Sequence record: PP496441.1
Direction: 5' to 3' (one strand)
DNA: 64,000 nt
Shown: positions 8,201 through 17,381 of the stretch, in pieces
Layout of the letters: every line of letters starts with the position of its first letter
How positions within the stretch are numbered: the first letter of the stretch is position 1
Notes under the pieces: model-generated
Databases searched by the model: none
What the model was told of the DNA's origin: nothing
The model's input: only the letters and a program-made list of their open reading frames with translations
Translations under genes and position numbers: made by a program

Positions 8201-10597
8201 TTAGATATGCTTGCGTGGAGCGAACTGGCCGATACGAACCACCGAGTCTTGAGCAACGTTCTGCGCGAAGTAAACGGTGACACGAACAGTCACCGCAGTC
8301 TCCGTGCCGTCCCACGTATAACGCTGAGTCTCCAGCGATGTCAATGGAACAACGGCTGGCAAGGTGTAAGGATCTACGTACTTGTCACCGTCTCGGAAGT
8401 AGAACACGGTCGATGCGGAGTTGACAGGTTTGGTTACCAGCACCTCAGCAGTTACTCCGAGAATACCGGACGTAGTACCGTCTACCCGAATCGCACCCAC
8501 CAGACTGAACACGTCGCCCACGGCCATGTTGGCAAGTGAGAAGGTAGTCGTCGGGGAGAACGCCAGATACGCGGCGGCTACACTAGGTGTACCCCCGAAC
8601 TGAATGACCTGGTATTCACCGGGACCGTCAGTACGTACCTCTTTGCTCCAGGTGGTAGTCAACCCGGTGAACGCCGAGCCAGCAGCCTTGAAGCCGGTCG
8701 CAACCACCGAACCTGCTGTGGGGTTGACCGAAGCCGTAGACATGTTCGAGGAACCGAGCAGCAACGGATTCGCGCCGAGAGATCCGGTCTTGTTAACCGC
8801 GCTGTAGAGGTCACCCGAGTCAACTGGCAGGTCAACTGGCAGGAACTCCAGTCTACGAACCAATGGCAGGTAGGGTTGAGCGAGCTTGAACGCACCTTGT
8901 ACGTGTGGGTGCAAGCCATCACGCAGGTCGGCTTCCACGATAGCGTCCCAGGTATTGACTACCGGAGTCCACTTCGACACCTCGTTGGTGATCCAGTTGT
9001 GCACTTCGATGTGATCTGCGAGGGCTTGGCCGGTAAGGACCTTATCACCAAAGCGAGGCGTCTCGTTACCCACGATAACGATCTTGCCAGCACGTTGCAG
9101 GCGGCGGATGATTGCCGTGATGTTACGCTTGGAATCACCTGCGGTCATTGCCGGGGCGGAAGCGGTACGGTCGTTGGTACTTCCGAGGAAGAACACGATA
9201 TCACCCACCGCAGCCGCAACTGCCTCGACACGTGCCAACATCTCAGCAGTGTTCTGGCCGCCGATACCGAAGTTCAGCGTGTAAGGCAACCGGATCACGC
9301 CGGTGAGCATGGCTACCCAGTTGTAGATACCATAGTTCTTGGTCGAGAATGCGGTGGACGATGCGGTTGCCGCTAGGCCTGTAACCGCGTGGTTCATCTC
9401 TGTACGGCTGTCACCAAAGAGGATAACTTCCCGGAGCAAAGGTCGGGACGGGAACACCAGCTTGTTCCAAGATCCATTGGATCGAGTGAACTGACCTGGA
9501 AGTGATGCACTCACATCCGAGATCAGACCGGATAGATCTGTTTTGCTTGCCAGCCCTACCAGATCTGTTCTACTCGCCAGATTAGCGATTTCGGTCTTGG
9601 TCGCAGCCCCTGACACGCCCTGACTCAGCGTACTGAGCGAGGTGGACAATCCGTTGATCGTGTTGATATCTTGAGTGCCGGTATGAGTACCCCGGTCACG
9701 CAGACTTGCATCGGTGTCGTTCTTGGTGGCTCCGACGGCAACGCCCGTGAGCTTGTCCTTGTCTGCGGTTACGTAAGCATTGGTATCAGGGTTGCTTTCG
9801 TACAGCGTCTTTACCTGGGAAGCTGTCACCGGGGTGGCGCTGCTGGAACTCAAGACCCATTTGTTGTCCGACGCGTCCCATACGTATCGGGCTACATCTG
9901 CGCCTGCAACGTCTACGTCAGCATAATTGCCTGCGACCGGCAGCGATACGCCTGCGGTGAGTGCGGACAGCGACGTGAACGTACCTCGGAACATCGGACC
10001 TTCGACACCCGCAAGCTTGGTCTTTTCCGCTGGGGTGAAGTTGGACTGGGACAGTGCATAGCCCGTCTGCTTTTCTACCTTGGTGTCCAACAAGTTCTGC
10101 AGGACGGCCCGAACGTAGGCATCGTCATAGTTGAACAGTTCGGCAAGCTTATTCTTCTGAGCCGCGTCGAAATCGTTGGTGGATAGCATCTTGCCGGGGA
10201 CTACGGCAACCGCACCGAGGTCAGCAGCCGTCTTCGGAATGTAGGGGGCATCAACCAGATCCCCGAACAACCCGGTGGTAGCCACCTTGGCGAGTCCGGG
10301 AATGTTACCCCCGCCACCGGAACCATCACCTGCCGCGACTGCCGCCGCTGTACTGGTGCTGATCGAGGGGTCCATGACCCGACGGTGGAACTCTTGAGCG
10401 TTGGAGTAGGAGAGGATCGAGTCTTCGGAGCAAACCAACAAGCCCCGTGCTACCTGAGTCCTCAACATCTCAAAGCTTTGCAGTACGAATTTTTCCGAAG
10501 GGTAGAAGAAATTACCCTCCGTCAAAGTAGTACCTTCGATGGACAGTCCCTTCGGGGCGGAGGCCGTTCGTTTGAAACCAATAGATGATGCTGCCAT
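8201..10597 (-). CDS. Virion appendage/tailspike-like protein with an SGNH/GDSL hydrolase domain
   Basis: SGNH blocks 'LFGDSRT', 'NFGIGG', 'GSTND' and 'DGLHP'; N-terminal half has fibre-like repeats. Confidence 0.8.
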   Translation of the reverse strand: MAASSIGFKRTASAPKGLSIEGTTLTEGNFFYPSEKFVLQSFEMLRTQVARGLLVCSEDSILSYSNAQEFHRRVMDPSISTSTAAAVAAGDGSGGGGNIPGLAKVATTGLFGDLVDAPYIPKTAADLGAVAVVPGKMLSTNDFDAAQKNKLAELFNYDDAYVRAVLQNLLDTKVEKQTGYALSQSNFTPAEKTKLAGVEGPMFRGTFTSLSALTAGVSLPVAGNYADVDVAGADVARYVWDASDNKWVLSSSSATPVTASQVKTLYESNPDTNAYVTADKDKLTGVAVGATKNDTDASLRDRGTHTGTQDINTINGLSTSLSTLSQGVSGAATKTEIANLASRTDLVGLASKTDLSGLISDVSASLPGQFTRSNGSWNKLVFPSRPLLREVILFGDSRTEMNHAVTGLAATASSTAFSTKNYGIYNWVAMLTGVIRLPYTLNFGIGGQNTAEMLARVEAVAAAVGDIVFFLGSTNDRTASAPAMTAGDSKRNITAIIRRLQRAGKIVIVGNETPRFGDKVLTGQALADHIEVHNWITNEVSKWTPVVNTWDAIVEADLRDGLHPHVQGAFKLAQPYLPLVRRLEFLPVDLPVDSGDLYSAVNKTGSLGANPLLLGSSNMSTASVNPTAGSVVATGFKAAGSAFTGLTTTWSKEVRTDGPGEYQVIQFGGTPSVAAAYLAFSPTTTFSLANMAVGDVFSLVGAIRVDGTTSGILGVTAEVLVTKPVNSASTVFYFRDGDKYVDPYTLPAVVPLTSLETQRYTWDGTETAVTVRVTVYFAQNVAQDSVVRIGQFAPRKHI

Positions 10598-10708
10598 AAT
10601 ACTCTCCAGTTCGGTCCTGATTACGTTGTATGTCTATACCACCTTTGATTAGGTGGGACGGAATGCCCGAAAACAGATCTGGGAAATAACGTCCTGATTC
10701 AACCTGGT

Positions 10709-10722
10709 ATGCGTGTAATTAG
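10709..10722 (-). promoter_or_regulatory. Candidate late promoter CTAATT-N4-GYAT
   Basis: CTAATTACACGCAT lies between a terminator and the SGNH gene; the same pattern occurs at 42254, 50535 and 60217. Confidence 0.5.
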
Positions 10723-10733
10723 GACTTTCAGAC

Positions 10734-10770
10734 AAATAAAAGCCCGCACGGCGGGGGCCAATGCGGGCTT
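10734..10770 (-). terminator. Intrinsic terminator
   Basis: AAGCCCGCA...TGCGGGCTT stem followed by TTATTT on the minus strand, just after the 10774 stop. Confidence 0.75.
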
Positions 10771-10773
10771 AGA

Positions 10774-11982
10774 TTATGCAGAGGGTACAGGATCCCAACT
10801 AACCTTGAATACTTTTCCGAGGTATTTGACAACCCGGCTGTAGTTCTTGGACTCGTCCATAATGCCGATCACGTAGTTGAGCACGTCACCCCGGATCTGT
10901 GACTGACTCCACGCTTGGGGTACACCTTTCATGTAGTCCTGTGCTGGACCTGGAATCCACTTGGCGCTGGCTGCGGAGTGCAACGTCAGGTTAGTAGCAC
11001 TCATCTCTGTCAGCTTGATCGCACCCAAGTCCCGGAGGACCAGCATCAAGGTGTTGATTGCCCGGTAGCTTGGCAGGTCCATATTGCGGCATACGCCTTG
11101 AACCGTGGCGAAGTCGATGAACTCATTGGGCTTGAACATTTCCGCAGGCTTAGGGTAATGATCGATAACCTTGAATGGTTCGTAGTACGGCCCCTTCTCA
11201 GTCTTAGGCGGTTCCTTTTCCATGGATCTAACCAGATCGTCGATAGCCTCCGGACACATTGAGTTCTCACGTCGCGGTTCGCTGACGATGGTTGCCAACA
11301 CCTTAGGGGCATCCCACTTGGCTGGCTCTTTAACTGACAACGGCGGCGATGGGTCAACGGCCAGCACTGGCGCTGGAACTTCCGGTTTGGCCGGGGTCAC
11401 CGGCTTCGCAGGCTGCGTTTTGGGCGGCTTTGCTGGTTTGGCCGGGGATTGTGTAGCTTTCGGCAGTTTGTTCAAGGCGGAGCGTTTCACGGGCTTGCGA
11501 GTGGCGAGCATGATGTCGAGCGTGTGCTTAGTCTCAGGACACTTGCATCCGTTCATCAGGTCCACGATGGTACTGATCGGCAGCACCATGCTCTCGGCTT
11601 GCACTTCGCCGTCAGGAATCTTGATCGGCTTGCTCTGGCCGGGCTGACGCACTATTTCGAAGTGCAGCAGGTTATCAGCCAGCCCCGGAATGTTGGCCCA
11701 GTACTCACAGACGGCTTTGATGTCATCGTGAGTTTTAGGCAGTTGAAGCAGGTGCTTACGAAGGGACGCGCCGGAATAGGTGAGCCCGCAAGACTTGAGT
11801 GCCGAAGCAATCTGCTCGAACGAGGCCCCATACGTACGCATCCTGACAATACCCGGTAATGCCTTGTCCAACAACAACTGTACTTCTTTTCTTATTTTGC
11901 GCGGTCCATCGTAGTCGTACTCTTCGGCCAGCTTTAGGAACTGGTCAAGATCAAACTGTGGTTTATCAGTTGTGTCTTTCAT
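10774..11982 (-). CDS. Hypothetical protein with a Pro/Lys-rich linker
   Basis: 402-aa ORF; possible N-terminal HTH ('ASFEQIASALKSCG'). Confidence 0.65.
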   Translation of the reverse strand: MKDTTDKPQFDLDQFLKLAEEYDYDGPRKIRKEVQLLLDKALPGIVRMRTYGASFEQIASALKSCGLTYSGASLRKHLLQLPKTHDDIKAVCEYWANIPGLADNLLHFEIVRQPGQSKPIKIPDGEVQAESMVLPISTIVDLMNGCKCPETKHTLDIMLATRKPVKRSALNKLPKATQSPAKPAKPPKTQPAKPVTPAKPEVPAPVLAVDPSPPLSVKEPAKWDAPKVLATIVSEPRRENSMCPEAIDDLVRSMEKEPPKTEKGPYYEPFKVIDHYPKPAEMFKPNEFIDFATVQGVCRNMDLPSYRAINTLMLVLRDLGAIKLTEMSATNLTLHSAASAKWIPGPAQDYMKGVPQAWSQSQIRGDVLNYVIGIMDESKNYSRVVKYLGKVFKVSWDPVPSA

Positions 11983-12035
11983 TTAGGGTAGTCTCAAAGT
12001 GGGGAGGAACCTACCCTCCCCTTGTTACGTACAGT

Positions 12036-13154
12036 TTATACCGGATGGTGATCAGGGTCTGTATCAGCGAGTGTCGTATCCTTGCTGAAGTCTTCATCTT
12101 CCGCAGGTGACGTGGGCACCTCCTCGGAATCATCCATAGTCCAGATTGGAAGGTCGGCCAGCGAGATGTACCGACGTTCCTGACGATCCCCACCGGAGCA
12201 GGCACTTCCCTTGCCTGCCATGCGAGGGTCATCTACGATGTCCACGTTCTTGGCACGGGCGTACGCGAACATCTTCTTGCCGAAATACTCGCCTGCGTAC
12301 ACGTTGGAAGTTTCTGGGAGTACGTCCACTGGACCACTATAGTTAAGGTGGTCCAGTAGTCGATACAGGGTGTAAGGATCGAGCACCCGAGCAGTCTCAT
12401 CCGTGATGACCAAGTTCATCTCACTCATGTAGACCCAATCCTTGGTAGTTGCCTCCAAGATGGCAATGGCGCGGGCAGGGGTAATATGGAGAAACTTTTT
12501 GAGCTCTTCATCCCCAACCCAAGCGTTGGTCAACCGATCAGGTGAGGAATCACCTTCACTCTCTTTGATGTGCAGGTTGAAGTTATTGAATCCCGTACTA
12601 AACCTATCGGCCCAGCGTGGATACCAGGTTCGCTCCAGCGCGTATTTGGTGTACAGATCAGGGAATACCCAGTGCGAAGGGTGGACGAGGTATCCGGTAG
12701 GGCTGTAGCCTAACGTGCGCTCCACGATCTCCGACATCAAGCAGCAGGTGAAACAGTGTTCCATCTTGCCGACGTCGGGGAGGAAGACCACATAACCGAA
12801 AGCGTTGCACTTGATCTCGGAAGGGTGGGAGTCCATACCAAGGCACTGGATGTGCGCCGGAATGTCTTTGGACTTGACCACATCCCGGTAGAAGGCTTCG
12901 GCCATGGCGACACTGGAGCCGATCAAGGTGAGCATCGCTACTTCCCCGGACACCGCAGCTTTCATCACTTCCGTTTCACGGATGGATCGGCATACTCTGG
13001 TCAATGCCATCTTGCTGTAGCTGTGTAGCAGGCCGCTCAGCGTGGCCGTGAACAGTGGCTCTGAATCAAGCAACACGAACTGCGACGCATCCTCGGGGAA
13101 GACGAGGGAGTGTGCAGATGATGGACGTACTTCTCTTGGTTTGATATAGCTCAT
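12036..13154 (-). CDS. Hypothetical protein
   Basis: 372-aa ORF; no motif recognised. Confidence 0.65.
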   Translation of the reverse strand: MSYIKPREVRPSSAHSLVFPEDASQFVLLDSEPLFTATLSGLLHSYSKMALTRVCRSIRETEVMKAAVSGEVAMLTLIGSSVAMAEAFYRDVVKSKDIPAHIQCLGMDSHPSEIKCNAFGYVVFLPDVGKMEHCFTCCLMSEIVERTLGYSPTGYLVHPSHWVFPDLYTKYALERTWYPRWADRFSTGFNNFNLHIKESEGDSSPDRLTNAWVGDEELKKFLHITPARAIAILEATTKDWVYMSEMNLVITDETARVLDPYTLYRLLDHLNYSGPVDVLPETSNVYAGEYFGKKMFAYARAKNVDIVDDPRMAGKGSACSGGDRQERRYISLADLPIWTMDDSEEVPTSPAEDEDFSKDTTLADTDPDHHPV

Positions 13155-13234
13155 TTGAGGTTTCCTGCGCCATTGCGCATGGGTGGGTGAAAGAGTGGCC
13201 TACGCATTGCAGGTCCACCCCGGTTGCTTCGGTG

Positions 13235-13525
13235 TTACTCGACCGATACTTTGACGAAGGTTACGCCGTCGTATTCCCGCAGTCGCTTGGTGAAGGACTC
13301 TGCAACTTCGGCCAACGGCACGAAGATCATGTCGCGGGCCACGGTCTCTACTGCGAAGAAAGACGCATCGGTGCGCACGTATACGCGATTGACCGCTGAT
13401 TTCGAGGACGACTCATCTTCGCACTCCGTACACACGGCAGTCGAAGATCGGAGCGTGATGGTATACGACTTCGTGCCTTCCGGCTCAAGCCCTTGACTAC
13501 TTCCTACCTCTTGGGTATCACTCAT
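13235..13525 (-). CDS. Small hypothetical protein (CxxC)
   Basis: ATG 13525 overlaps the end of recA; contains 'CTEC'. Confidence 0.55.
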   Translation of the reverse strand: MSDTQEVGSSQGLEPEGTKSYTITLRSSTAVCTECEDESSSKSAVNRVYVRTDASFFAVETVARDMIFVPLAEVAESFTKRLREYDGVTFVKVSVE

Positions 13526-15074
13526 CTTCGACTTCCTCTTCTTCCTCATCCAGCCCAGCGCCGGACAAGTGGTTGAAATACAACTCCAGTCCACGGCCCG
13601 AAGAAATCTGTGCGGCCAGCACTTCACGGATGTCGAAGTCTTTCACTTCCCATTCCGCTGTCAGTTCCTTACGCGCCTTGCCTTTGAACAGGACCAGTTG
13701 TTTCAGATCCTCCCACGTCAAGTCCAGCTCAGGGATCTGCTTGCTATCGGCGTGAAGGGTGAACGCCTTCATGTTGCCGGAAAGCTGACCGGTCATCCGC
13801 AGGTAGTACCACGTATCCCAGACAGGATCGAAGCCACGACCTTTACCGGTGGCGTCGCTGATCCACAAGCGCTGCCAGATTTCAAGGTTGTCAACCCCGT
13901 ACTTGTTCTTGATCGCCTTCATGTTGATGAAGCGGTAGGTATCCGTACCGGATGCACCAACGCTCGGCTCTTCCATCGTGGCGCCAGTGGCCGAGATGAA
14001 GTCCGGACAAACGCGAGGGGTCTGCATGATCCGGGCGCCCGTGGCGTGCTTGATCGCCATACCGCCAGGTTCGTAGTTCGGGTTGCCCATTCTCATACCC
14101 GGATTCTGACGAATCTGGTTAATCGACACCACGGTAGCCATCTTCTTACGGAGTCGGCCCCACACCTTCTTGATGTGTTTGGAGTGCATGCGCGCATCCA
14201 GAGCCATACCCCGGCTACCATCACCGTCTTCCCCTTCGTCTTCCTCGGTGGTCATCGAGGCGATGGAGTCGAGCAGGATCAGGCACTGCATCATGCCGCC
14301 GTTGGGCGACTTCATCCGCAGCTTGCCCTTGTAGATGGTGTACTTGCCCTTGAACTTGCTCATGTTCTCTTTGGTGCGGTCATACAGCAGATACCACTCG
14401 CCGTTGATATGCACCTTGTCGGGCAGCTGTTTCAGGATCGACGACATCACCTTGTAGAACTTCTCGCCCGAAGATTCGTTGTAGTAACGAATGCGAGGCG
14501 GGATGATGTAGTTACCTTTGTCGTCCTTCACGCCGAACATACGCTTCATGCTGATCTTGATGCCTTGAGCTTCGAGCATGTTGACGATGTAGTCTTCGGC
14601 ACCGGTGTTCTCATAGTCCCACCAAAAGGACATAGGAACGCCAGCCAAACAGATGGAACCCAACCACGACATCAGGTTGGTGGACTTGCCCGAGCCTTCT
14701 GGCCCTGAGAAGTTGTACCAGCCGCCGGGATAGATACCACCCGCCAGCATGAGATCGGTGCACAGCATCCCCGTGGACACTCGCCCTTCCCGGAGGATCT
14801 CCAAGTCCGATACGCCTTGGACGATGTTGAAGTGTTCCTCCACCTTGTCAATCATGGCGGTGACGCCCATCATGTCAAGGATTTCGTCTACCATGTCTTC
14901 GCGGGACTTGGCAGGTGGTTCAGCTTTTGCAGCGGCTGCTTTGTTGGCCCCACGCTTCGCGGGTACCTTGGCGTCCTCGATCAGCTTTTCCGCAAGTGCG
15001 CTGACCTTTTTCTTGGTTGCTACCGTCGCAGTCTTGACGGGTTTAGCTTTAGCTCTGGTAGTGGCTGCTGCCAT
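13518..15074 (-). CDS. recA: RecA/UvsX-like recombinase
   Basis: 'VSTGMLCTDLMLAGGIYPGG', Walker A 'GPEGSGKST', Walker B 'LLDSIA', 'SINQIR', 'PGGMAIKH'. Confidence 0.9.
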   Translation of the reverse strand: MAAATTRAKAKPVKTATVATKKKVSALAEKLIEDAKVPAKRGANKAAAAKAEPPAKSREDMVDEILDMMGVTAMIDKVEEHFNIVQGVSDLEILREGRVSTGMLCTDLMLAGGIYPGGWYNFSGPEGSGKSTNLMSWLGSICLAGVPMSFWWDYENTGAEDYIVNMLEAQGIKISMKRMFGVKDDKGNYIIPPRIRYYNESSGEKFYKVMSSILKQLPDKVHINGEWYLLYDRTKENMSKFKGKYTIYKGKLRMKSPNGGMMQCLILLDSIASMTTEEDEGEDGDGSRGMALDARMHSKHIKKVWGRLRKKMATVVSINQIRQNPGMRMGNPNYEPGGMAIKHATGARIMQTPRVCPDFISATGATMEEPSVGASGTDTYRFINMKAIKNKYGVDNLEIWQRLWISDATGKGRGFDPVWDTWYYLRMTGQLSGNMKAFTLHADSKQIPELDLTWEDLKQLVLFKGKARKELTAEWEVKDFDIREVLAAQISSGRGLELYFNHLSGAGLDEEEEEVEDE

Positions 15075-15093
15075 GGAGATTTACCTGCGTCGT

Positions 15094-15138
15094 AAATAAA
15101 AATGGGGCATCGACCAGCGAACCGGCAGATGCCCCATT
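15094..15138 (-). terminator. Intrinsic terminator
   Basis: AATGGGGCATC...GATGCCCCATT stem followed by a T tract on the minus strand. Confidence 0.8.
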
Positions 15139-15331
15139 AGGGTTGCGCAACAAGTCACCTGGACGACTTGCGACGCTTCGCTTTGACCGTACTCACCGCC
15201 TTGAAGCCGGGCTTATTGTAGTCCGGTCTGGCATCGGCGGCGAGGTTGAACAACCCCCCGCTGCTCGGGTCAAAGCCTTTGGCGGATCGGCCCTTTGGCT
15301 TACCGCCGCCGGACTTACCGCCGGCCTGCAG

Positions 15332-16135
15332 TCACTCGATGTCGAGTTCGATCTTCAGCTTTTTGGCCGCTTTGACGATCTTGTCCTTGCCCGCTTCGAC
15401 AACTTTCTCGACGATGGCGTCGGTGTCGTCCTTGCGGCCGATGGTGATCTTCAGCGCTTTGGCCAGCGACTTCAGTTCGTCTTCGTCCAGCTCTTCGAGG
15501 GCGTCTTGGAGTTCTTCTTCCTCCTCCTCTTCCTCCTCGTTTTCTTCTTCCTCTTCTTCGCCGTCGCCCAGTTCGATTTCCAGCTCTTCAGCTGCGTCAC
15601 GAACGTCGTCTTCGTCTTCTTCGAGGATCAGCGCGATGATCGCGTCTTCGTCGTCTTTCTTGCCGACTTTGATTTCCAGCTCTTTGGCCAGCGCTTTGAG
15701 GTCTTTCAGGGAAACTTCACCGAGTTCGGCTTCGAGGTCGCCTTCCTCTTTTTCGTCTTCCTCTTCCTCTTCCTCCTCGTTTTCTTCTTCCTCTTCTTCG
15801 GATTCCTCCAGTTCGAGGTCGATGTCCAACGCGTCGGCCGCGTCTTCGATGTCCGACTGGGACGCCGCTTCGGCCAGAGCTTCGGCCATGGCTTCTTCGT
15901 CAGCGCCCTTGGCGAACTTGACCTTCAGCTTCTTGCCCAGCTGCTTCAGCTCGTCTTCGTCCAGATCGGCCAGCGCTTCGATCAGTGCTTCCTTGTCGTC
16001 GCCCTTTTCACCGCCGCCTTCTTCGTCCAGCTCTTCCGCCAGTTCAGCGATTTCGGCGAATGCTGCCTTGGCCTTTTTGTCCTTGGTCGCTTCTGCTGCT
16101 GCTTCGGCCAGTTCGATGATTTTTTCAACAGACAT
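15332..16135 (-). CDS. Highly acidic protein with three helical repeats (Rho-N/HeH-like) joined by poly-Glu linkers; possible readthrough extension to 15155
   Basis: Three copies of 'L.ELDEDELK.LAK.LKI..GKKDD..AI...I.E'; duplicated E-tract DNA. Confidence 0.8.
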   Translation of the reverse strand: MSVEKIIELAEAAAEATKDKKAKAAFAEIAELAEELDEEGGGEKGDDKEALIEALADLDEDELKQLGKKLKVKFAKGADEEAMAEALAEAASQSDIEDAADALDIDLELEESEEEEEENEEEEEEEDEKEEGDLEAELGEVSLKDLKALAKELEIKVGKKDDEDAIIALILEEDEDDVRDAAEELEIELGDGEEEEEENEEEEEEEEELQDALEELDEDELKSLAKALKITIGRKDDTDAIVEKVVEAGKDKIVKAAKKLKIELDIE

Positions 16136-16233
16136 GGTACATCCTCTTTACGGGTAGGGTGCCAACTAAGGCTCTTTAATCAACGGGGCGCCGTTTGGCT
16201 CACCCCGTTATACGAATGATTTACAGCGGTCTT

Positions 16234-17322
16234 TCAGCGACGACTTGAACGCGAGGATCTTGTCGACGTTTTCTCTTTGTCGCGGCTGGTACGGCTGCTG
16301 CGTTCCGACCGGCTCGACGTTGATTTACCGGACTTCTCCGGCTTATCCGCTTTGGCTTTGGTCTTCTCGCGGCGGGAAGTACGCTCGGGCTTCTCTTCAC
16401 GGCTGCTGCTACGCTTGCTGCCTCGCAGTGGACGATCCGATTCACGCTTTCGCTTGCTGCCCCGGTCGAGATCCTTACCGGCCTTCCCTTCTTCTTCCTC
16501 GACGTCCTCAGCATCAGGAGCCTTGGATTCCAAACTTGCCACTTCCTTTACAGCATCTGCGTAGGACATTGGCTGGTCGAGATTACCGAGGATGTCCCAC
16601 TGCAGATACTTCTGCTCGGTACGGGACAGCGGAGTATGGCCTGTGCTGGAGTCCAGCTGCACGTCATACATATCCGACGCCGACTTCGCGTCTTTGTCGA
16701 AGGACACCAGAATGTCACGACCGAACTCGGGGTCACCCAGCGGCATGATCTGCACGCCCTGCTTGGTTTTAACCTTGTTGGTGTCTTCCAGCTTCTTGAT
16801 CTTGCCAGCGATACGGTCAGTAACCCGCATGACGCGAACCGGAGTCCACGAGGCGCTGTTGATGTTGTCCACGAAGCCGGTCTTCTTCTCGTTGGCCGAG
16901 GGCTCGGGGACACGCTTCGGCTCGCTGTCTTGCAGTTCCCGCACGATGACCGGTACGTAGTAGTACTTCTTGGTCTGCTTGGGGTTGCTGATTTCGGCGA
17001 ACGGGCAGTCAATGGTGGTGTCGAAGGTATCCGCGTCCCGGTCGAAGTTCAACGGGGTATGCGAGATATCGAACTCACCCTTCGGCGTAACGATCTTGAT
17101 CGAGTACACCACATCTGGAATCGGATCACCGACGATACGCACAGCGATGAAAGCACCACCTGGCGGGTATTCGATCATCTTCACTTTCTTGTTGAAGTAC
17201 ACCCGCTTGCCGCCGGTCTGGCCAGCATTGGTCGCACCGAAACCTTTACGAGCTGGGGCAGCACCAACGCTACCACCTCCGCCAGTACGGCTACGACCGG
17301 TTCTTGCACTGTCACGTGCCAT
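16234..17322 (-). CDS. gp32-like single-stranded DNA-binding protein with an RS/RE-rich basic tail
   Basis: Core pattern 'DCP...YY.PVIVR...VRV...DP..GRDI...YDV...PL' typical of phage gp32-like SSBs; adjacent to the recombinase. Confidence 0.7.
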   Translation of the reverse strand: MARDSARTGRSRTGGGGSVGAAPARKGFGATNAGQTGGKRVYFNKKVKMIEYPPGGAFIAVRIVGDPIPDVVYSIKIVTPKGEFDISHTPLNFDRDADTFDTTIDCPFAEISNPKQTKKYYYVPVIVRELQDSEPKRVPEPSANEKKTGFVDNINSASWTPVRVMRVTDRIAGKIKKLEDTNKVKTKQGVQIMPLGDPEFGRDILVSFDKDAKSASDMYDVQLDSSTGHTPLSRTEQKYLQWDILGNLDQPMSYADAVKEVASLESKAPDAEDVEEEEGKAGKDLDRGSKRKRESDRPLRGSKRSSSREEKPERTSRREKTKAKADKPEKSGKSTSSRSERSSRTSRDKEKTSTRSSRSSRR

Positions 17323-17381
17323 GGGACATCCTCTTTCGGTTAGCTTACATCCCGTATTTACAGGATCTGATTTGGGGTGGA

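Noticed and set aside
15290-15334. Selenocysteine insertion (UGA plus downstream hairpin)
   Set aside because: The hairpin does not resemble the E. coli fdhF-type SECIS, and the UGA is not in a redox motif; non-specific readthrough is more plausible.
15515-15810. CRISPR-like or VNTR repeats
   Set aside because: The repeats are in-frame poly-Glu codons of the acidic protein.
15143-16219. Long + strand ORFs antisense to real genes (also 13569-14708, 20172-21230, 33633-35018, 44823-46082, 52334-53800 and others)
   Set aside because: These are shadow frames caused by strong codon bias of the minus-strand genes; they have no RBS or recognisable motifs.
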